From Reclinomonas americana ATCC 50394 (Eukaryota), in NCBI GenBank assembly GCA_048213135.1, contig PS015498.1:1-50984 (forward strand): a stretch of 50,984 nucleotides of DNA, in the 5' to 3' direction. The translations under genes and the position numbers were made by a program. Below the pieces are notes generated by a model that made no database searches, was not told the DNA's origin, and worked only from the letters and a program-made list of their open reading frames with translations. Numbering within the stretch: the first letter of the stretch is position 1; each line of letters starts with the position of its first letter. Below are positions 24,601 to 37,060 of this stretch, piece by piece.

Positions 24601-26130
24601 GGGTAAAAGGGGAAGAGAGAGAGAGAGAGAGATCAGCGGAGAAGGGTGAGGTAGGGACACGCAAGAAGGCAACAAATAAGGAGAAGCAGGGACTTGAGAT
24701 TGGGTGGGAGCCGAGAACAAGGAAACACTGCGAGGACTGAGTGGAGGGAGAGTGCTGGAGGAAGAGCGAATGGAAGAGAGTTTCTGTGGGTGAGGCTGGA
24801 CAAGGAAAAGTGGCACTGAGCGCGAGACTGAGAAGAAGTGTGATGAGCGACTGACTGGGGAATGCTTGGAGAGCAAATGAGTCAACAATAGAGAGAGAGA
24901 GAGAGAGACAGAGAGAGAGAACAATGAAGAAGGGTGCGGTACGAGAGACGGCTGGGAGTGGTAGACAAAGACTGCACAAGGAGAAGACATTGATCGAGAG
25001 ACTGAGAGAAGAGGTGTGACGAGCGACTGAGGAATGGTTGGAGAGCAAATNNNNNNNNNNNNNNNNNNNNNNNNNNNNNNNNNNNNNNNNNNNNNNNNNN
25101 NNNNNNNNNNNNNNNNNNNNNNNNNNNNNNNNNNNNNNNNNNNNNNNNNNNNNNNNNNNNNNNNNNNNNNNNNNNNNNNNNNNNNNNNNNNNNNNNNNNN
25201 NNNNNNNNNNNNNNNNNNNNNNNNNNNNNNNNNNNNNNNNNNNNNNNNNNNNNNNNNNNNNNNNNNNNNNNNNNNNNNNNNNNNNNNNNNNNNNNNNNNN
25301 NNNNNNNNNNNNNNNNNNNNNNNNNNNNNNNNNNNNNNNNNNNNNNNNNNNNNNNNNNNNNNNNNNNNNNNNNNNNNNNNNNNNNNNNNNNNNNNNNNNN
25401 NNNNNNNNNNNNNNNNNNNNNNNNNNNNNNNNNNNNNNNNNNNNNNNNNNNNNNNNNNNNNNNNNNNNNNNNNNNNNNNGGATCAACAATAGAGAGAGAG
25501 AGAGAACAATGAAGAAGAGTGCGGTACGAGAGATGGCTGGGAGTGGTAGACAAAGACTGAATAGGGAGGAGAGACATTGAGTGAGAGACTGAGAGAAGAG
25601 GTGTGACGAGCGACTGAGGAATGGTTGGAGAGCAAATGGATCAACAATAGAGAGAGAGAGAGTGAGACGATAGAAGGTTGGTAGTGAACGCAAAGACAGG
25701 CAGACACAGGGAGAGGTCAAGAAACGAGAGCGATCAAATGAGAGAGTGGTTGAATGAGGGAGGCGAGAGAGAAAGCATGCAGATGGCAAGCTGGGTCAAA
25801 GATGATCCATGTTGACCATTGAGTTGCAGGGTGCCGAGGGATCGTTGAGTGAGCAGGCTCGTGTGGTGGACGGCACAGCCTTGGTGGCGTCAATCGGCAA
25901 TGCCATTCCGTTGCGTGTGGGTCATTTCCCGCCACGAAGAAGAACGTGTGCGCTGACTCGTGCCAGGCAGTGGCGTGTCGGAGAGCGGCTTGAAGGCCGT
26001 TTTCATAGTCAACAACAAGTCGCGCCGCTTGCAGGGACTGGTGCTACTGAGCGACGCGCCACAAGGTGCGGTTGAGGAGACGGCGTTGATTGTGCGCATC
26101 GATGCCATTATGTATGCCAGCGACAACTGA
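21670..26130 (+). CDS. Multi-PH-domain protein (two PH-like domains, one classical PH, P/S/T linker, C-terminal globular region)
   Basis: Spliced EGTYLFKCIRRRWGRAAHRRYVQ|ATRDGYIKWG...GFALI...LALFATTAEDYAKWVAGMRRIL is a PH signature; two upstream beta-rich units end in helices ERDEIVSWL and DRNKLLAAL; stop TGA at 26128-26130. Confidence 0.7.
24820..25660. repeat. Intronic tandem repeat (~170 bp unit, at least 3 copies) spanning an assembly gap
   Basis: GAGCGACTGA..GAATG.TTGGAGAGCAAATG..TCAACAATAG(AG)nAACAATGAAGAAG.GTGCGGTACGAGAGA occurs on both sides of the gap. Confidence 0.85.
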
Positions 26131-26816
26131 CCGCTCAGTGAAGCTGGAGTTGACTACAGTGGGGAAGTAGAAAACACGAGGCAGGCACAACTTCTGGCTA
26201 CGGAGCGCACAGTGGGTTTCTGTGAATGCTGAGGGGACGGTAAGGGAAATATCAGATGAGCAGCGCATTGAGAAGTGCGTCGACTCTCGAGCACGACCGG
26301 ATCAGATAAGTTATGCAACGTGCAGCAGTTTGCCATGTCGAGGAAACGATGGCACGAAGGCGTGGGGAACAGATGTGCAACGCGGATTGTTGCCACGGCG
26401 GCAAGGAAGGATTCGACAAGCAACGCAGGATGGGGTTCGATGTGCGCCTCTGTTCAACAATGCCACGAAGGCGAGGGGAAGACAAGCGCAACGCAGACAC
26501 GTCGGATATTCAAGTTGCGCGCGCCTCGGAGCATGTAGCGAATTGCTGCATCGACGACAAGGAAGGATGAGATAAGTAATGCTGTCGGCGGCTCTCACCC
26601 TGGACATGTAACACGAGCACGACAGCAAGAGATCATGATCGGACGATCGCGAGGAAACCTGCCATGTACAGATGGATCTCGGTGTGAATACGGAAATCGT
26701 GGCTTGCAGCAGACCGTCATCGACACAAGAAGGCAAGAAAGGAGACATGCACGGGATTTCGATCACATTGCAGGACACATTGCTTGTTGTTGTTGCTCTT
26801 TACCTGTTCACTCGCC

Positions 26817-27981
26817 ATGTCACTGGCCTACCGGTCACTCGACGAGGTCACCGCCGGAGGTCGCCCATCCTCTTCACACCTCACAGTCACTGATCGCCAC
26901 CAAGCACTCGTTGAGGAGCAAGAGCAGCAAGGAGAAGGCGAGGAAGAAGAAGAAGATGAAGACAGCAACAAGAGTCGCTGTCGAGTGTGGTTTGAGAACT
27001 ATGACTTTGGATGGTGGGGAAACCTGCTCTTCTTCATTGCGTCGTTGGCGGGAACTGCGTCGGCGGTGTTGGAGTTGCGTCATGTGTGCGCGCGCGCGTG
27101 TGTGTGTGTGTGGAGACAAGTTGACTCGAGCTCCGGAAGAATGTGTGTGGGAGGAAGGGAGGCAAGAGAGGGAAGGGAGAAGAGAGAGGGAGGAGGCATT
27201 GGTTGACATGCATCACGTGGAGTGAGATGATGAAGGAGATGAGGTCAGCATGCACCCTTCGTTACTCATCGGTCTCTCGTGTACGTGCCAGGTTAGAGTG
27301 GGTCACGAACACTCTTCTTCTTCTCCTCCTCCTTGCCAAGAGAGTGTACAGGGGAAGCTTTGATTGACAGAAGGTCGAACCACCAAGCTTACACATGTGG
27401 TCATGAATTCTTCGCGTCTCAGCTGTCTCTCATGTACGTGCCAGGTCAGAGTGGGTCACGAACACTCTTCTTCTTCTTCTTCTTCTCCTCCTCCTCCTCT
27501 CTTTGAGAGTACACAGGGAATCGTTGATTGGCATGGTGAGAGATGAAGAAGGGAACATTAGGTTTTTTGACAGCGAACATGCATCCTTCGTTACTCAGCT
27601 GTCTGCGTCATGCCAGTTCCTCATTGTCCTCCTCCTCCTCCTCCTCCTCCTCCTCCTCTTCATGCCCCTCTGTCGCTCTTTTCCCCCCTCCATTACTTGC
27701 AGGTGGAAGTGCGATCCCGCGAAGCAAGCGCTGATGGAACACACGGCCTGCTCCTCATGGGCCGGGTACACGTCGCTGGCCAGCGCCGCGCTGTACATGC
27801 TGGTCCGTGCGGTACTTGTGGTCATGTGCAGGTCGCGTGTGACTTCTCTCACTCGTGTGCGGCACGCAGGACTCGTTGTTCTACATGGCGGAGACTATTC
27901 AAACTGTTGCGTCTATCTCTTTTATCTCTCTCTGTGATCGCTTGCAGAAAGTTGCAGGTCTTTCCTATCCCTTCTCCTTCG

Positions 27982-28014
<33 letters not shown>

Positions 28015-28434
28015 NNNNNNNNNNNNNNNNNNNNNNNNNNNNNNNNNNNNNNNNNNNNNNNNNNNNNNNNNNNNNNNNNNNNNNNNNNNNNNNNNNNNNN
28101 NNNNNNNNNNNNNNNNNNNNNNNNNNNNNNNNNNNNNNNNNNNNNNNNNNNNNNNNNNNNNNNNNNNNNNNNNNNNNNNNNNNNNNNNNNNNNNNNNNNN
28201 NNNNNNNNNNNNNNNNNNNNNNNNNNNNNNNNNNNNNNNNNNNNNNNNNNNNNNNNNNNNNNNNNNNNNNNNNNNNNNNNNNNNNNNNNNNNNNNNNNNN
28301 NNNNNNNNNNNNNNNNNNNNNNNNNNNNNNNNNNNNNNNNNNNNNNNNNNNNNNNNNNNNNNNNNNNNNNNNNNNNNNNNNNNNNNNNNNNNNNNNNNNN
28401 NNNNNNNNNNNNNNNNNNNNNNNNNNNNNNNNTT

Positions 28435-28500
<66 letters not shown>

Positions 28501-30582
28501 TCTGTCTGTCTCTCTGTGATTGCTTGCAAAAAATTGCCTGTCTTTACCTGTCCCTTCTCCTTTCTGTCTCTCTCTCTCCATTCCCTCTCTTCTCTCTCTG
28601 TGACCGCTTGCAGAAGCTGCTGTTGTTTCCTGACCCTTCTCTTCTCCCTCTCTCGCCCTTCCCTCCCTCCCCCTTCCCTCTTTTACTCTCACGCCCCCAC
28701 AGCACGTGCAATACGACTCGGTCTTGTACGGCGAGCCATACTTCAAGAACCCCATCATGCGCTTCATCGAGACGCGCGACTGGTACGGTGCGTAACAAGA
28801 TCATGCAACCCTCCCTCCCGTGCTCTTTACTCCTTTACGTTGCTTATAAAGCATGGAGGCGCAGGGTACTCGAACTTTATTTTCGTGGTGGCCAGTGGCT
28901 TCTACTTGTTCCTGGCCATTGGGCTCGACTACAGCGAGTCGTTCTACGACCAGATCGATCTGTCCATGTCGGTGAGTGAGGTCTCCCGGCGCTGGGCATC
29001 CATCACGTGGTCATTTTTTTACTGGGTCCTCGGCAGATCATGTATTGCGCCGCCGGCTTCTTTTGTGTGATGGGCTGGGGCTTCAATCTGCACTCGGAAC
29101 ACGTGCACGGATGCCCGGTGCGTATGCGCATGTACCGACTGTGGGCCTCGGCGCCAGCGCCCACCGAGGAGGAGGTGGCCGCGGAGATTGAACACGGTGG
29201 ACCCCGCCGTCTCATCTACCTGCCCGACTGGTGTTTGTTGCGTGGGCGACTGCCGCACTACCACCACCACGCGCAAAACCTCTCACTCACTCTACCTCTC
29301 ACTCTTTGTGACACACGCCCGCACGCACAGCTGGGGTGATGTGCTGTACTTGGCCGGTTCGCTCTTCTACCTGAAAGTGGCTCTCAACTGCGACTTCGAG
29401 CGCTTCCCACGCTCCCGCCAGCAAAAGGTGCAGCACAAGGAGATCGAGTTCTTCAACCAGTGCGCGCTGCTGAACTTTATCTCCTGTCTGTCGTGGGTCA
29501 TTGGTGAGTGGGGGGAAAGGGAGGGGAAGGGGAAAGGGGAAAGGGGAAAGGGGGACAGGGAGGGGGAGGGGGAAAGGGGAGAGAGGGGGAAAGAGGAAAG
29601 GGAGGGACAGGGAGGGCGAGAGTAGTGCTTGTTTCAAGTCGTGTCCATCGCGCTGCTGGAGAGCCGTGTGCTCTTTCTGTCGCACTGCAAAGTGCAGCGA
29701 GTATGGTCCAGCACCTCGCAGAGTATTGTTGGAGAACTGCGTGCATTTCTTTTTATTCGTGTCAGCACCTCGTCTAGAAGTGCAGCATGTCACGGACGCG
29801 TACCTCACGAAGCTTGGGAGACTGCCCACTCTGATTTGTGCATTCTTCCCCTGTCATCTTACGCGTATCTCTGAATGTTGATGGAGAACTGTCTGCATTT
29901 CTTCATATTCGTGTCAGCACCTCGTGTCGCAGCAAGTTGCGGCGTCCGTCATGAAGCTAGAGTGAGACTTGTCACTCTTGATTCATGCCTCCTTTCGTGG
30001 CACCCTTCCGGCATCTCTGAATGTTGTTGGAGAACTGTCTGCATTGCTTCTCTTCGTGTCAACACCTCGTGTCGCAGCAAGTTGCGGACGCGTCGTCATG
30101 AAGCTAGAAATAGACTTGCCTCTGATTCATGCCTCCTTTCGTGGCACCCTTCGCGCACTTCAGACCGTTGTTGGAGAGTTTGTGCATGCCCACAGACGTG
30201 TCTAGCGTGCGGTTGGAGACCTTTTTCTTTTCTAACTCTCTCGCCTCCTCTGCCCTCTTTCTCTCACTTCCTGCTCTCTGTTTCTCTTGCCCATGTTGAC
30301 TCGTATGCTCTCCTTCTGACGAGGACAAGCACTCTCTTGCCGTCATGCTTATCTCTTCGAGACTTGCCGTTTCCCTTTGCACCTTTTGCTTACCACCGCC
30401 CTTCTCCTCCCCAACAAGACTCTGTGTGCTACTACTTTGCCCACCGATACGCCGACTGGTACTCGGCGGCCTACGACTCGGATCCAATCATCTCCCACCC
30501 GAAGGCGCTGGCGAGCCTCAATGTACCACTACTCGACATGCCACCCGACAACGACGCGCTAGTGCCGTCGTCGCGACCCTAA
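26817..30582 (+). CDS. Multi-pass membrane protein with internally repeated helical hairpins (YrhK-like motif); start uncertain
   Basis: Three related segments YDFGWWGNLLFFIASL, YSNFIFVVASGFYL and DWCFWGDVLYLAGSLFYL, with partner helices LASAALYMLDSLFY and FISCLSWVIDSVCY. Confidence 0.65.
29700..30185. repeat. Intronic tandem repeat (~120-150 bp unit, 3-4 copies)
   Basis: TGTTGGAGAACTG..TGCATT.CTT....TTCGTGTCA.CACCTCGT...GCAGCA.GT...GAAGCT...GACT...CTGATT repeated. Confidence 0.85.
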
Positions 30583-30611
30583 TGAATTTGTTGTGGCGTA
30601 TCCGTTCTGCT

Positions 30612-31452
30612 TTACAAAATCGCACAGCGGTGCAGCTTGCGTGGTGTACCATAGTCGATTTCGTTCGCTGGCGCTGCTGCTGCGCGCCGTCCTCCCAGCG
30701 CCGGCGGCAGCCCGCCATCTTTCCACTGCTTCGACGCCCGTTTCGCACCGGCCTCCTTCAGCAGCTTCACATCCGCGAAGATCGCGTCATACACCGCCTC
30801 GATCGACTTTGGATCGCGCGGGTGCATCTGCAAGTGGCGCTGATGTGGAGGCCGACTTCCGCGCACCTTCATCGCTGGTGGATCCCACCGATCGACGGCC
30901 TTGCACCACGCCAGCAAATCGTCGTCTTCGTCGGCATCCTGCATGTCGGGATCACGATCACCCGCGGTCACCCCCACCACAAACTGAATGGGGATGTTGA
31001 CCCTTTCCAACTCCGGTATCATCTGCAAACAAAAAAGCGACCCTCCCCTGCGGTGAGTGTGCTGAGTGTGTGTGTGTGGTGGGGTGGGATGAGTGAGTGC
31101 TTCGCGCAACAGTCTCCTCCATGTAGGTCCACGAGAAGCGATTGACTGCGCTGCGCCAGTAGAAGAGCACCGCCACGTCAACGTGCTCGAATTGAATGCG
31201 CCGGAGGCGGTTGGTGAAGTCAGTGACGGCGGTGTGGTTGAGGAATGACATCGACTGGCAAGAGAGGAAGAAGGGAGGAGGGGGATAAGGTGGGATATCG
31301 AGTCAGTTGTCTCTCTCAACAACAAGAACGACAAGAACAACAAGAACAACAAGAACAACAAGAACAAGAACGAGATCAACAGCAACAACACCCAACAGCA
31401 ACAGCAACAAGAACAACAACAACAACAACAACCAACAACAACAACAACAACC

Positions 31453-31516
<64 letters not shown>

Positions 31517-31702
31517 TCAACAACAACAGAAAAAGAAAGGGAGAAGAAACGAGAGAGAAAAGCATGCGGCTGGGTTGTCAGTGAATGCAAAGTGCGCTGT
31601 GTGTGTGTGTGTGTTGTCACTTCCTCTCCTTTCTGATCATTCCTCCCTCACGCATGATCGCCTCTTCCTTCTCTCTTCCCACTCTTGCGTACTCTCTCCC
31701 TC

Positions 31703-31744
<42 letters not shown>

Positions 31745-32045
31745 ATCAATGCATTCACTTCTTCTCTATTCTGCCCGTCTCTCTTCTCTCACACACTCTC
31801 ACCTGTGGCACCCACAGCACATTATCATAATCGACTCCCGACAGTCGCGATTCATCGGGGCCAGTGTACTTGTACGTATACTCGCCTGCACCACCACCAG
31901 CAATCATCAGCACAGAAGGAGGGAAAGCAGCGAGAAAGGGTGGCATGTGTGATCGCTCACCTCCACGCGCAGCAACGTACTCGATGAACGGGCGCACCTG
32001 ACCGGTTTCGTCGTCGGCGGCGAGGTACACGCCCCACGATGACAT
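30612..32045 (-). CDS. Degenerate Ras/Rho-superfamily-like protein with C-terminal CAAX box (CAIL); 4 exons
   Basis: Spliced protein follows the small-GTPase layout: GVYLAADDETGQ, MSFLNHTAVTDFTNRLRRIQFEHVDVAVLFY, RFSWTYMEET|MIPELERVNIPIQFVVGVTAGD, HLQMHPRDPKSIEAVYDAIF, RKLHRCAIL*. Confidence 0.65.
31318..31528. repeat. (CAA)n-based trinucleotide array in an intron
   Basis: Read directly; CAAGAACAA and CATCAA variants. Confidence 0.95.
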
Positions 32046-32318
32046 GCGAAAAAAACAGCTGAAACGTGATTGATATTTTGGACGGAAGAGAGGGCCCGTA
32101 CGCGTCCTGTATCATACGATGTTACGTAGCTGTGGTGAGGTTTCCGGCTCCATGTAGATGCGATCGTCGACGGTGCAACATGTCGTGAAGTCGGCGCCGA
32201 AATCGACAACTGACTCTATAAAGAGACTGTTCTCGCTAGCGACGTCGTCTGGATGCAAACGCCATGGCCACCTTGCAAACTTGACCAGCAGCAGAGTGTT
32301 CTCTGCATTATTACATTA

Positions 32319-35300
32319 TCATTGCTTGTCGTCATCGAGTCGAGAAGTGCCTGCTTTCGGTCTCTCCAAAAACAGCCTCCTTGGAGGCAGCGGCACTGGT
32401 GGAAGCGAAAGCACATGTCGGTGCCGGGATCGTGCACGTGCGTTGTCGTCGTCCACGTGTTCGCGTGCCGATGAACGACCCGCGACCGTCTCACCGTGGA
32501 TGTGCACCGCTGCAGGCAGAGTAGTTACCGTCGGCGGCGCTGCCATGGCTGCTGTGATGGTTGGGCGTCGACTCGGCAGCGGTGGGAGACTAGCGAAACG
32601 CGGCGGTAATGGTGGCACGATCATGCATGGCGTAGATCTGTCCGACTCATCCTCTTCCCAACGTGCCAGTGGCCACTGTGCCCCGCCACGATCACGAAGA
32701 AGCGGGCTGGGAAGGGGTGGCAGCAGTGGGAGCTCACTGGCCAGCAATGCAACAGCCGATGGGGAGTATGATGACAGCGGAACCGGTGTGGTTGCAATTG
32801 TTGTCTTGGGCCCCACTCTGGTCGATGATTTGCCAGGCGTCGGCTCTTCCGACGACACTACATGCGGTGTGGTACATTGGTGAGAACACANNNNNNNNNN
32901 NNNNNNNNNNNNNNNNNNNNNNNNNNNNNNNNNNNNNNNNNNNNNNNNNNNNNNNNNNNNNNNNNNNNNNNNNNNNNNNNNNNNNNNNNNNNNNNNNNNN
33001 NNNNNNNNNNNNNNNNNNNNNNNNNNNNNNNNNNNNNNNNNNNNNNNNNNNNNNNNNNNNNNNNNNNNNNNNNNNNNNNNNNNNNNNNNNNNNNNNNNNN
33101 NNNNNNNNNNNNNNNNNNNNNNNNNNNNNNNNNNNNNNNNNNNNNNNNNNNNNNNNNNNNNNNNNNNNNNNNNNNNNNNNNNNNNNNNNNNNNNNNNNNN
33201 NNNNNNNNNNNNNNNNNNNNNNNNNNNNNNNNNNNNNNNNNNNNNNNNNNNNNNNNNNNNNNNNNNNNNNNNNNNNNNNNNNNNNNNNNNNNNNNNNNNN
33301 NNNNNNNNNNNNNNNNNNNNNNNNNNNNNNNNNNNNNNNNNNNNNNNNNNNNNNNNNNNNNNNNNNNNNNNNNNNNNNNNNNNNNNNNNNNNNNNNNNNN
33401 NNNNNNNNNNNNNNNNNNNNNNNNNNNNNNNNNNNNNNNNNNNNNNNNNNNNNNNNNNNNNNNNTTTGCAGTAGTCCACCCCGTATTGGATGGGCACTGA
33501 ATCCTTGCGCTCGCAGTAGTCGTACGGACACGTGTACGCCACGATTTCACCACTTGCCGGTGGCTCAATCAAAGTCCCCTCGTTGCCCATCGGGAGCACC
33601 GAGGCCACATGCCAGTCTGCAGTCACCGGGAACGTCCACAGCTGAGTGCTCAAAGACAGCGAAGCTCCGCCATTGCATACTACATCGGTAGGGCAGCTGC
33701 GGCACACTTGGCCAAACGCGGGAATCGCGTACTCTTTTGCCGGGCACGACTCGCATCCAATTGAAGTGTATTGCTGCCCGGCAGGACAAGCATCGTTGAC
33801 AATTGACAGTTGTGGAGTGTCGTCCGCCAGAACGCTCACGCCGTTGATGGACACGGAGATGTTCAGGTCGCTGTCGTCGCCGGCAGATCGAACCGTTGTT
33901 GTCGTGTCGGTTTGCCCACCACGGCTCGAGACGTACAAATTGAATGTCGCAACGCCGCTGAGAGTGGCTTGTGAGATGTCTCTCGTCTGCGTCAGCAAAA
34001 CCATGCACAGTTAAAATCGGCAGATATGTATGAACGAAGAGAATTCTGCCAAATTGCCGCCTGTCCGCACCAACTCACCGAATTACATACAGGGCACTGT
34101 ACACGGAAAAGTGTGCCATCTAGCGTGGAGATGAACTGACGAAACACGTCGGTGGCCATCACGAGCACGGTGCGGGGCTCGTACGGCGAAGGATACGTGA
34201 CGCTATTGTTGCGCAAAGCCAGCGACACTAAAGCAGTGTAAAGACCTGCGACACACGACGAACACAATCAGCATTTTACAATTCGTGCAATGCAAACTCC
34301 GTAGCGCAACTGCTTCCCACATCAGTGGCGTTACGGTTCGTGGCCACGTTGCCAACCATGATAACGCCATGCGCCTGCATCCACTCACGCCACCCACCGA
34401 AGATGCTAAATGATTGTTGCAGCGGTGCCAGTGCAGCCGGATTGCCTCCACCGTTCCAGAAGAGACCTCCACCCGAGCCCTCACCCAGCAGCCGTGGCGA
34501 TTCCACTGTCGAAGCGATCGCCACATTTCCCGAGAAGTCCACTTGATTCAATGCCACCCCCGCTGCGAACGGCGGAGCAGCGCTGCTGCCTGTCGTATCA
34601 GTAACGTTGACGGCAAGACCGCCGCCACGGCTACCCGACCGGTTGTTGACAAAGGACGACTGCAAGAACTCGGTGCGCGAGCTACTTGAGACACTGGCGC
34701 CGCCACCATCACCACGATCGGCCACGTTGCCTTCCATTCGACATTGGATGCACGAAAAATTGCCGGCGCCGCTCACAAACAGACCTCCGCCAGCAGCAGT
34801 AAGCGCATGGTTTGAGTCAATCAGGGTGGCGCTGGCATACGCGTTGGAGCTGTCCTCGAGGTAAATGCCACCACCAGCCACGGCACGATTACTGACCAGT
34901 GTTGTGCGACTCAGCGTGACATTGGCGTTCTCTGCCGCAGACACAGCACCGCCCGTGCCAGCCTCGGCTGCATTGTCGCGAAACAGCGTCGACTCCAGCT
35001 GCGAGCGTGTGTTTCCCGCGAGGTACACCGCACCACCGGCGCTCTGTGCTCGTCCGCCCACCAGCTTGCTCAACCGGTCCACCCAGCTCCCACGACCTGC
35101 CGAGTTCACATGGCCACCCGAAGTACTGGCGCGATTATTGGTGAAGGTGGTGCTCGTGCTGGTAACGCTTGCCAGTTCGGAGATAAACATACCGCCGCCG
35201 GCCAACACTGCCGAGTTTCCCAACACAGCACACGAGTCCAAGCTGACTATCACTGCTCCATTGGCATACATCCCACTGCCGTCATCGGCACTGTTCCCGT

Positions 35301-37012
35301 CAACCGAGACGGTGAGCAGCGAGTGACGGCTGCTGCCGGATACGGCCAGGCCACTGCCGAAGAGAGCAACGTTCCGACTGACTCGCCCGCCAAGCCAAGT
35401 GGAGGACGACTGCGAATCGGCAAACAAGCCGCCACCGAACTCATCGGCCTTGTTTGTCTGCACCGCAGTAGATTGATCGGATACAATCAAGTTGGCGGCA
35501 GCAGTTAGATACACGCCACCACCGTTGCGAGTGGCGCGATTGTCAGACACTGAGGACGCGGCAGTCAAGTATAGTGTGGTTTGATCCGCCCGCACCGCCA
35601 CTCCTCCACCGTACAGTGCTGTGTTGCTCAGCACTCGAGTGCTGGCTAACGTGAACACAGTGGCCACCTCATTCAGTAGTACACCTCCGCCGTAGCCATT
35701 CGCTGACTGGTTGGACGACACTGTCGAATTCGTCACGAAGCCACCTTGCCCAACCACGGCCAGGCCACCGCCGCCGAGCTCGGCTGTGTTGTACGACACA
35801 GTAGAGTTGACGAGTGTTGAGTTTGTGCCCAGCAGCACGCCACCGCCAGTAACTAGCTGGCCCTGCGCAACATTGGCGGATACAGTGCTGTCGCGAAGCA
35901 CACTGGACGCGTCGACCAATACGCCACCACCGCCACAGGAGCGTCCAGCAATGATCAACGCAGCCGACGAGTTAACAGTATTGCTAGTGAATGTAGACGA
36001 CGCAATCGTGGCCTTGTTGAAGAGGAGCGCTGCACCTCCGCCACAGAGGCTGCCGGACGAGAAGAGTGCGTTGCCAGCGCCAGCATTCAGCACCCTATTG
36101 TTGACAAAGGTACTCTGGTCAACCACCACTGAGTTGATGAGAAGAAGTGCCCCGCCGCCATTGTGAGCACTGCCCTGGCCGTTGAGAGTGTTGTTCAGTC
36201 CACCGATTCCGTCGTTTGTGGACATGTTTTGGGTGAATGTGTTGTTGGTCATGGGAAACGACTGCAGAAAGCACACTATCATGTAAGCGGTCACCGAACA
36301 AAGCATGCGCAAAGCACGCGCATATCCTAACCTGCGTCACGTTGACAGGAGCGACAATCAATGCTGCGCCACCGCCAGCAAACCCGCCAAACGAGGCTCC
36401 AATCTTGGTGAAACTGCCTCCGGAGCCGTTGAAGGCGGAGGTATTGTTGAGAAATGAGGAGTTGCGAACGACCTGCGTGGCACGTGGAATGTGAATGGAA
36501 GAGAGCAGAGGGAGGGAGGGAGAGAGAGATACTGTGTGTTACCAATGATGACGCAGTCGTACTCGAATCCGCAAAAGCGAGAAGACCACCGCCACCTGAG
36601 TACGTCGTGGAACTGCTTCCGGATACAGCGGCATTGCTGCCTCCTTGACCTGGGAAACGACATGCTCACACAGTGAGCACCTTGGGCGAGCTAACGCGAG
36701 TCAATGCTTCCGGGTGCGAGTACCATTGTTCGAGGCCGTGTTGCTCGACAGCGTGCACAGTGACAACTGGGGTAGCACACGGAGGATAAGGTAAGAAGAA
36801 TACCAGCGATAAACATTGCAATGGACACTGCCGAAACTTGCAGCTGACCGCCTTGCATGTACGCAAGCAACGCGCCACCGCCGGTGGCGAATCCCGAAGA
36901 ATCAACTCGGCCCTTACTGCTGGTTCCGCCAGAGGTGTTGCTCGCCGCTGAATTCTGTGTGAAGCGCACCTGGTCGAGCGTAACCTGCCGGCCAGTATCC
37001 ATGAGCTCGCGA

Positions 37013-37060
<48 letters not shown>

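Noticed and set aside
31245-31952. Poly-Q/poly-T/poly-V ORFs
   Set aside because: Translations of an intronic (CAA)n array in the Ras-like gene.
34276-36312. Bacterial contaminant or autotransporter insertion
   Set aside because: The long exon is joined by spliceosomal introns to eukaryotic-type exons on both sides and no autotransporter beta-barrel is visible.
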